Assembly (NCBI GenBank): GCA_013265495.1
Contig: MU057521.1
Coordinates: forward strand, 1,438,335 to 1,502,334
Reading direction: 5' to 3'
Source: Vicugna vicugna
Taxonomy: Eukaryota
Length of the DNA stretch: 64,000 nucleotides
Position numbers and translations under genes: made by a program. The notes beneath the pieces were generated by a model that saw only the letters and a program-made list of their open reading frames with translations, was not told the origin of the DNA and made no database searches. This document shows positions 55,285 to 64,000 of this stretch, one piece after another. The first letter of the stretch is position 1, and each line of letters opens with the position of its first letter.

Positions 55285-56355
55285 ATTATTTTTATTTATT
55301 TTTTTATTGTGATAAAATATATGTAACAAAATTTGCCATTTTAACCTTTTTTGAGCATACAGTTTAGTGGCATTAAATACATTCACATTGTTGTACCACC
55401 ATCCATTTCCAGAACTTTTCTTTCATCCCAGACTGAACCTGTGTATCCATTAACATGTTGATCACCCACATGGATCAGGTGTGTTTTCTGTGGGGCCCAA
55501 ACTCACACTTCACCACAGTGCAACACACTAATGATATAGGTGCTTATAATTCATCTGTTTTTCCAGTATAAGTGGATTTTTTTTTAATTTCTTATTTTCA
55601 GTTTTCATTTACATCATCAGTTTCTTCACAGCTTTATTTCTTCTTGGAATGTCATTCTGTACAATAAATTCTGCATAATTGGATGAAGGAAGCCCATAGA
55701 CCAGACCACCCATATGTGGGTGACGGGGCCCTTGAGGAAACACAACTATCACCCAGATTTGGGTGATGTAGTGATTAATGTGTTAAGCACCTACTCCTCA
55801 TTCCCCCGTCTGTCCAGCCCCTGGTAGCCACCATTCTGCTGTCTATCAGTGTGCCTGCTCTAGGACCTCATGTAAGTGTAATCATACAGTATTTGTCCTT
55901 TTGTGCCTGGTTTATTTCACTTAGCGTAATGCCCTCAAGATTCATGCATGTGTCAATTTTATTCCTTTTTAAGGCTGAATAATACCCAGTTATATATATA
56001 TACCACATTTTGTTTATCTGTCCATCAGCGGACATTTGACTTGTTTCCACTTTTTGGCTATTGTGAATAATGCTGCTATGAACACTGGAGTACTGATTAT
56101 CTGTTTGAGTCCCTGCTTTCAATTCTTCTGGGTTTATACCTAGGAATAGAATTGCTGGATCATGTAATGATTTTATTTTTTTAAGGACTGTCTTCCACGG
56201 TGGCTCCAGTGTTTTACATTCCCACCAACAATGCACAGGGGTTCCAGGTTCTCCACATCCTCACCAGTATTCGCTGTCTGTTTTTTTGAAAAATAGCCAT
56301 CCTAATGGGTGTGACGTGGTATCTCATTGTAGTTTTGATTTGCATTTCTCTAATG
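55285..56355 (-). mobile_element. L1 (L1MB-like) 3' end, interrupted by the MITE
   Basis: Minus-strand ORF2 C-terminal remnant (HCWWECK...PPWKTV, KDKYCMI) plus typical L1 3' UTR and a T-rich tail. Confidence 0.88.
55454..55782. mobile_element. Non-autonomous TIR element (piggyBac-like MITE) flanked by TTAA
   Basis: TTAA at 55450-55453 and 55783-55786. The termini CATGTTGATCAC and (reverse complement) CACATTAATCAC are inverted repeats, with further imperfect sub-terminal inverted similarity. It interrupts an L1 3' UTR cleanly. Confidence 0.7.
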
Positions 56356-57820
56356 AAAACTTGTTTATCTGCATATTTTGCATTCATTTATATTTGAAGG
56401 TGTGTGTTACTTTTAATTTATGAACCGCATATGAACAATGTGGAAAATATTCTGTAAGAAATGGTTGACTTATTCAACTACACTTCCAATTAACACAGAT
56501 ATTTGAGAGGATTACAAGTGCTTTATTTATATTGATTTTTGGAGTACTTAAACAACAGTTTTAGGCCAATGTGGTTGTATTACTTTGCAGTAAATGATTA
56601 TATGGTCCAGGTTAGGAAATACATGATTCTGTTAATTGTTAGAAGAATTCCTATGTCCACCTGTTTAAAATCAGTAATACTGAAAATTGGTGAATGCCAT
56701 TCAAAAGTTGGATGTTGACTTCAGAGGTCAGTACTCTCCTTCTTGTTAAGTATTTCTGTGTAGACAGTCTTTACTTCCTTGGGTTTCTAGAAGAAGACAC
56801 ACTAGAAGGCTGAAGCTTAGTTCCCAAGAGTATCTATCTAATACGATACCTTATTCCCAGAAATAGAGCCATCAACTGGCGGGCCATACTCACTGTTAGG
56901 CCAGGATGCGTGTTAAACTACAGAACAAAATATTGTAAATTTAGGATTCTTGGGAAGTTTAGGGTCTTCTGTTTACTTCATTTCTTTATACAATTTAAAA
57001 ATGTGTATTATCTATTGCAATTTGTAAAATCGTTGTTGGTTCCTGAAATTGAGATAATTTTGGTCTGAGTAGTGTTTTGAGATTCTGAACATGAAGTGGG
57101 GGACAAGGTGTAAGGCTGTTTTATTTTTCGACTTACCCTGTGGGTTATGGTAACGATACATACACGACAGTGCTTGAATTCCGAGAGGTGTGTGTGAGAT
57201 TACTCGTCATTACTCGAAACAGCAGTTACAGGGGTAAAACTTACTCCAGTTTACTAATGGTAATGATTGGCTGAGCAAACTCCAATTTAGAGCACCCAGT
57301 CCACACACATTCTTGTCTAGAAAGATTTAGCACGTATTCATGATAATACCTTTTAAAAAACTTTTTCCTAACAAAATATCTTTGTTAGACTGCCACTGAA
57401 ACCAAGTAATGAGTAAAAACTACATCATAATATTAAAAATACAAATGCTCTTACATATGGGGAATGGCATAAAGGGTACCATCTTCTTTATGTGTGTTTC
57501 TCTGTTCCTGGTTCACTGTTACAGAGTTTGACATCATTGGCAGTTCTGCATAGCAGTTTGCAGTATGTCCCAAGAAAACTGGGATAGAAAATAATTGATG
57601 GTATATTACCATTAAATAAAGATAAATATTAACACGACTTTCCTTACTGCTCTGACACTGCACCTTTCTGCTCTTAATGTGTCACCACCTATTTGATCTC
57701 TAAAAATTGCTATTAAAATAACTGCTAGTAAAAGTATGACTTTAATCTGGTTTGTTTTTGTGGCATTCACTACTCTTAGTCTATGGTATAAATTAACATG
57801 TGCCTCTCTTTCTCATCTAG

Positions 57821-57994
<174 letters not shown>

Positions 57995-60468
57995 TGAACA
58001 TTGGTTACCTCACTCCTTTTTCTCCTTTTTTGGAGTAGAGAAATTCTGCTGGTCTTAGGTTTGACTCAAATGCTGGTCCTCCCACTCTGGGCCCTGGCTC
58101 CCACGGTACCTGGCCTGTCTCAGCCCATGCTTATGTGGTTCTACCTTGTGGTCACTTGTCCTAAATCTGGTTGCACACTTCTGGAGGGCAGAGACCTTTA
58201 CCTACTCCCAAAGTATTACTAGTATAGTGCTTTTTTATCTTAGGATATGCTCAGTGTCTACTGAGGAAAATAATTTTACAAAAGTTCACTGCAAGAGAGT
58301 GAAGAAATTTCTTACAAGTCCATGCTTTCTGCATTAACGCAGTTTTCAGGAGGACTGGGTGTGGGGTGGGGGGAGTGAAACGACATTGCTACCTGAAAAG
58401 AAGTGAGTTCAGGTATTCCCTTCTCTTCACATCTGGGGAGTCCACTAACCTGTGTTGAGGGGAAAATTCAAATGGAAAATGTAGACTGCAGCCTGGGCAG
58501 CCTTGGAAGGGTGGAGGATACTTGGTAAGCATCACACTCAATTATAACTGCTTTGAATTGGTGTCACTTTGTCTCCTTTTAGTTCCAGTAATAATCCTTT
58601 TTGTGTAACATATTTTTCTTCACAGAGGAAAAATAGGTGTGAATGTTTAATGTTTAAAAAAAAGTTTACATAATTACCACTTCTATTTAAAGACTATTAA
58701 AACTATTTGAATCATAGATGACTTCAACGAAGCTACTAACATACCAGTAACCTAAAGCAGATTTGGTTTTATAATGAAGGTCCTTTAAAAAAAAAAAAAA
58801 GAAACTTAAAAAAAAATAAAGATCTTATCAAAATGGTAACTGAACTAACTGTAAGGTGGTACTTTAGATGGTTTTTCTTAAATTCTTAATTTTTAAACAA
58901 ATGTACATAGTTCATGCTTTTCCATTTTAATTTATGAAGGTTGGAATATCTCTCGTCAGCCATTCCCCACCACATACTTCGTCTTTCTCATCTTGATTCT
59001 GATAGATCACAGCAGGAATAACTTGAAGTCAAGACTGAAACCATAGCCGTGTTCCCATACCCCGACTGCCCCAGTGGTCCCTATCCTCAGCCCGTTGATT
59101 TTCAGAAGTAGCGCTGCTTCGTATTTCTGAACGTTGATTAGTTCAGATGGTTTTTATTTAATAGCATCATCCTTTACATAATTTACTAGAACGGTTTTTG
59201 GAAACAGCAGACCCTCCCTTCCCCGCTGTGGCCTTTATCATACTGCAGCAGTTTAGAACAGTTACAGGCTTCTCACCTGGCTTTTGAGATTTTCTTTTGT
59301 CTCCATCCTCAACATTTCTCACCCACCAGGGGGAACTGGCCCAGTCGCAGGCCACCAAACACTACATATTTGGAAAGTTGGCACAAAATACTGGTAGTGG
59401 TATCCCCTTAGTTTATTATGAATGTCTGTTTACCAGCAAATTTCTGTAATCTTAGGTTTCCTGCTTTCTCATTGCCCACCTTCTGTGATCTATAGCAATC
59501 TTAATTCTTCCTGTATACTTTTGTTACTTTGTATATTCTGCTTCACCTACTTAACTTCTTCCTCTAAGGGAAAATGAGTCCTTCCCTTTTCTTCCCCATC
59601 TCCTGTCCCCTGAATCCAGCAGTGACCCTGATCTGTTGAGTCACTTTTCTAACTTCTTTCCTGTGACCTTTATCATCTTCATTACTGTTTCTTCTTATAT
59701 TCTGAGCAACAATCTTTTTTTTTCCCCTTAAGTCCTTATATCATGCTTAGTAGACAGGCTCTTTCAATTTGTAAATAGATTTACTTCCTAAGGTAATAAC
59801 ATTTATTGAAGGATATGTGTAGTTCGGGGATTTGCACATTTGCTTACCTCATGAATAAGCTGACCATCTTATCTAGTTCAATTCAGGGTAATTGTTCTTA
59901 AGCCACTAATGTAATTTATGATCACTATTTTATCTGTATGATAATTGTGGAAAATTTTGCTACAGTGAATCTTCATAGTTCATTATAATGTTAAGTTTGT
60001 ATTACCATTATATGATGTTAAGGGTCACATTTGAGAAAAACAATTTTAAAATTCTCAATTGGAAAGACATTTTTATCAGTATTATATATTACTTTTGAAA
60101 GGTTTTTTTCTAATTTGAAAAAAATTTTTTTCTAGTTTACACCTACTATGCATAAATAATTGAATGACTCTGAAGTGTTGTTTGTGATGATCTGAATTAA
60201 ACAGTTTGGAAGATGATCATCTAGAAAAATAAATCTTCACTGCAGGCACCTTTTATTATTTATCTTTGGTGCTTTAGCAGAGTGCTTGAAACAACTTCAG
60301 GCACTCACCATCCTGAATGGCTAAAGAAAAAAATTACTTCATGGACGGACAGCACATTGCTGTGCTTCTGGGGTTTTTTTGTTTTGTTTTGTTTTATTTC
60401 ATGACTTAAGGCTAGTAGTGAAGATGAAGATAAATAGCTTAATCATTTAGCTTTGTCAAATTGGGTAA

Positions 60469-60639
<171 letters not shown>

Positions 60640-61559
60640 TAAATGATCTTTTGGAAGGAGTGAAAATTGATCTTTGGAAAAACTTATGGCAGGTTTGCTA
60701 ATTTAAGAAAAGCTATACATATATATACACATATATATGTCTGTCTTAATTAAGGGAATGTACCATTTTCAGTATAGTGCATGGTTTGCCAAGTTTTAAA
60801 AATTATATCACATTAAAATTACTCTGACAGTTTTATTAAAAAGAAGTAAGAGCCTTAGATTTAAGGTGTAAGCTATATCTTTGAAAAGTAAACATTCATC
60901 AGTATTTTTAAAGTCAAGATCACAGGCATTGTCTCTTCCTGGCATTGTTTTCCCTGATATTTTTCTCCTTTCTCCGAGGCTTTTACTCCCTGGCCTTCAT
61001 TGCCTTGCCTTCTTATTTCTGATTGCTCTGCTGTCATTCTGTCCTTCACACAGCTGTCCAATTACCCGAGAGGCCCAGCTCTGGTTCTCGTTCTCCTTTT
61101 TGCCTGTTGATTGTGATGTGGATTCCGCGTCCACGTCTTCCTTCCTCCCTGCTCCGGCTTCAGGGTCACTCCCACTCTAAGGTGGGACTGCACACGCCTT
61201 GAAGCCTCATGGAAGAATGCTGTGTTTCTGCACATCCTCACTTCACTTCCTCCCCAAAGGTGTTGCTTGCCAAACTTTAGCTGTACTTTTCTCCTGAAGT
61301 CATTTCTGATCCTCCAAAAGAATGTTTTTCCATTCATCCAAGGTATACTACCTTCATACCTTTCCCAGATTCTTTTACTTGTTTTTTTCTTTCCAGAAGG
61401 TTATCAACTCAGAGCAGAATCTTCATCCTCTACATTTCACCATATCTGATTTGCTTAGTACATTTGTTGAATGAGTTTCAGGACTCTAACTTCTGCCTTG
61501 TGGGAGAAATAGCCTCAGTCTGTACATTTCAAGTCCTTATTTCCACGTTTCACTTACGT

Positions 61560-61995
61560 TTTGTAACACATGGCACAAGCACACTCTGCTCTCTTCATTC
61601 AGTTACACCAGCTCTCCTTTTGTCACTGCAGCTCTTAGCTTGTTCCTTCCTCAAGGCCTTCATTGACCTCTGGCTCTGGAATGATCTCCCCCTAGACCAC
61701 AGCACAGCTGATGTCCCTTCCACTTAAAGACCAGCTCAAATGCTCCCTCCTCCAGGGTCTTTCTTGGCCTCCCGCCTAGTGTGCTTCTCCCACCTCCTGC
61801 ACTGTGCATGGTTCATTTTCTTTGGAGGACTGATCACTGATGGAGTTCCTTGCGTGTTCATTTGCTCTCATCTGTCTCCCGCCCTAGACTCTGATCTCAG
61901 CCAGTGGAAACTGCAGCTCTCTTGTTCACTCCTGTATCCTTTTCACTAAGAACAGTGTCTGATGCAAGTAGCTGCTCAATGAACATTTGAGTAAT
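61560..61995 (+). mobile_element. L2 3' end
   Basis: cagctcaaatgctccctcctccaggg...tctgtctcccgccctagactc...aacagtgtctgatgcaagtagctgctcaatgaacatttga. Confidence 0.75.
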
Positions 61996-62209
61996 TTAAA
62001 TCATTTAAAAGATGTGCTGGTTAATAAGGATATTTGCTCTAAGAGTGGCTAGATAAAATTTTGTATGTATTTTTAAGTTTCTGGTTAATTATGGTGTGAT
62101 TAGTTGGTAAGGCTTAGATTAGCATAGTCAAGTATTTACTCAGCTCAGATAACTGTAGAGTAGAAATTACTAGTGGGCCACCATCGAGTCCACTGAATTA
62201 AAAGTATCC

Positions 62210-62400
62210 AAGAAGTAGGCAGAAATGGATTTCAGTTCTGGCTCTTTCTGCTTACTTAGGGTTGAATCTAAGTAAGCTAAGCTTTTTGAGTTTTAGTTTC
62301 TCCATCTGAAAATGGAGATAGTCGTATCTGCCCCATCTACCTTAATAGGGTTTTAAAACATTGAGATAAATCAGATGAAATCTCTTCATAAACCATAAAT
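62210..62400 (+). mobile_element. MIR SINE (decayed)
   Basis: gagttttagtttctccatctgaaaatggagata...tctaccttaatagggtt. Confidence 0.6.
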
Positions 62401-62840
62401 CTCCATAAAAATACAGTATGGTACTACCAAAGAGGGGCAATAAACTCATTATTTCTCTTTATGAATGTATATTTAATATGTTCCAGGAGATAGAATTCTT
62501 AGCTTTCTTGGGGCACAGATCTGTACTGTCAAAGTGTCTAAATTTTAGAGTCCTACAGCTTCACAAAGAGGAATGTAAGACATTTCCCTTTCTGAAAAAT
62601 TACTGAAATACAGTCACATTTTTTAAGACTGCTTGTTTTGAAAAAAGATTTGAAAGGAGTTATTAAAAAAGTTTTTAAGGAACAGTATGTCAGTCTATAG
62701 TTAATTTTAATAATTTTGAGTAAATTATGACAATAAACATTATATTTCTAATTGTTAATCTTGATAAAGTTTAAGTAAGACCCTTTGTTTTACACATAAC
62801 TTTGTTCCAGTTGGTTCCTGCCTAAGAAATAACTATATAA

Positions 62841-62951
<111 letters not shown>

Positions 62952-64000
62952 TAGATTTTGTTGTTAAAATGATTTTTACATAATATACGTAATCCAAAAA
63001 CCTTAGTACCAAAACAAACACCAGGAAAATTTAAGCAGATATATAGAGGTTGGCTTTGAACTCTCTGTGAACATTAGCTATAGAAGATGTCAGTTTTTGT
63101 TGGCTTGCATTACCAGTATAAGGAAATGATGGTTTTCCACATGAAAAAAAAAAGTGGACCCTTTTTCCTGGTTCCTTGCTGAGATGTGTATTGCTAGTGG
63201 CTGTGTGCAAGAGGACTTCCTGTGAGAGGGTCATCTGCAAAATAGGATGGGGCTTGTTTGCATTCAGTAGTGGTCATTCTACTCCTTCTGTGGCCTTCCT
63301 TAAATATATCTCCACTTGTTCCTTGAGTTCCAGCTCCTCCCCTTACTCCTCCCAATGATAGAATCCCAGAGGATTGAGAAATAAGGGATAGTGGAAATCC
63401 CTTATTGGACATGCAGAGGTGAAAGGTATCTTAGATCATTTTGTTCAGACTCTTGCTTATTTCTTCTATGCTAATTTTATTTTATTGAAAATTTTGTGGG
63501 TAGAGATAAGTATTAAAAGGAGAGAATAAGTTTAAATGGTTAATAACCAATAAATTACAATTTCTCAATAAGCAAATTATTTTTAAAATTTAAGAGGGAC
63601 ATAAAGCAGAATGTCCAGAAACAGACAACATTCCCAACCCAGTTACCAGCTTGTGGGCAGAGGTGTGACATAGTTATTGAACCATAGCGTGTGCAGTTGT
63701 CAGGACAGTGTTGGTTTTTGAGTTGTCAGCTTTGACATCACCATAAATAGATTCTTTTTAGATCTCATGTGTCTGTGTTCATTCTTAATGCTCAGAGAGA
63801 CTTTGTCACCAGCTTGCAGCGCTTTGAGCAGCACGGGAGACGTGGGCTCTGAGGGACACATGGTTGGGTGTGCTGTCAGTGTTAGCTCTGCTGGGTAAAA
63901 ACACCCAGCGATGACTTGAATATTTCAGTTTTTCTGTGGCTTAAACTAGGCTTTCTCAGTTAAGGGCTGAGAACTCCTTCATCCACTTCAAACTAGTGAC

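Overview
Mammalian genomic DNA, most likely camelid, judged by a tRNA-derived Vic-1-type SINE at ~55.1 kb. Positions 1-41.9 kb are repeat-rich intergenic DNA (L1, L2, MIR, MaLR LTRs, hAT and Tigger fossils). From ~42 kb come the CpG-island promoter and first four coding exons of ZCCHC2 on the + strand. The start codon is not visible and probably lies in a 190-N assembly gap, and the gene continues past the window end. I see no new multi-gene system, and almost all ORF-track ORFs are spurious. The most interesting items are: (1) a 329-bp TTAA-flanked inverted-repeat element (piggyBac-like MITE) nested in an old L1 in intron 1; (2) a full-length degenerate U5 snRNA copy with intact Sm site and 3' hairpin plus a PSE-like upstream motif; (3) a second, intronic CpG island with YY1/E-box/ETS/Sp1 motifs (candidate alternative promoter); (4) an upstream ISRE/IRF cluster; (5) a non-L1 poly(A) retrocopy with target-site duplications (TSDs); (6) a ~100-bp local duplication with asymmetric CpG decay; (7) exon 4 beginning with a GTAAAT donor-like motif. 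Repeat names and orthologue comparisons come from recalled consensus sequences, not database searches. Boundaries of old repeats are approximate.
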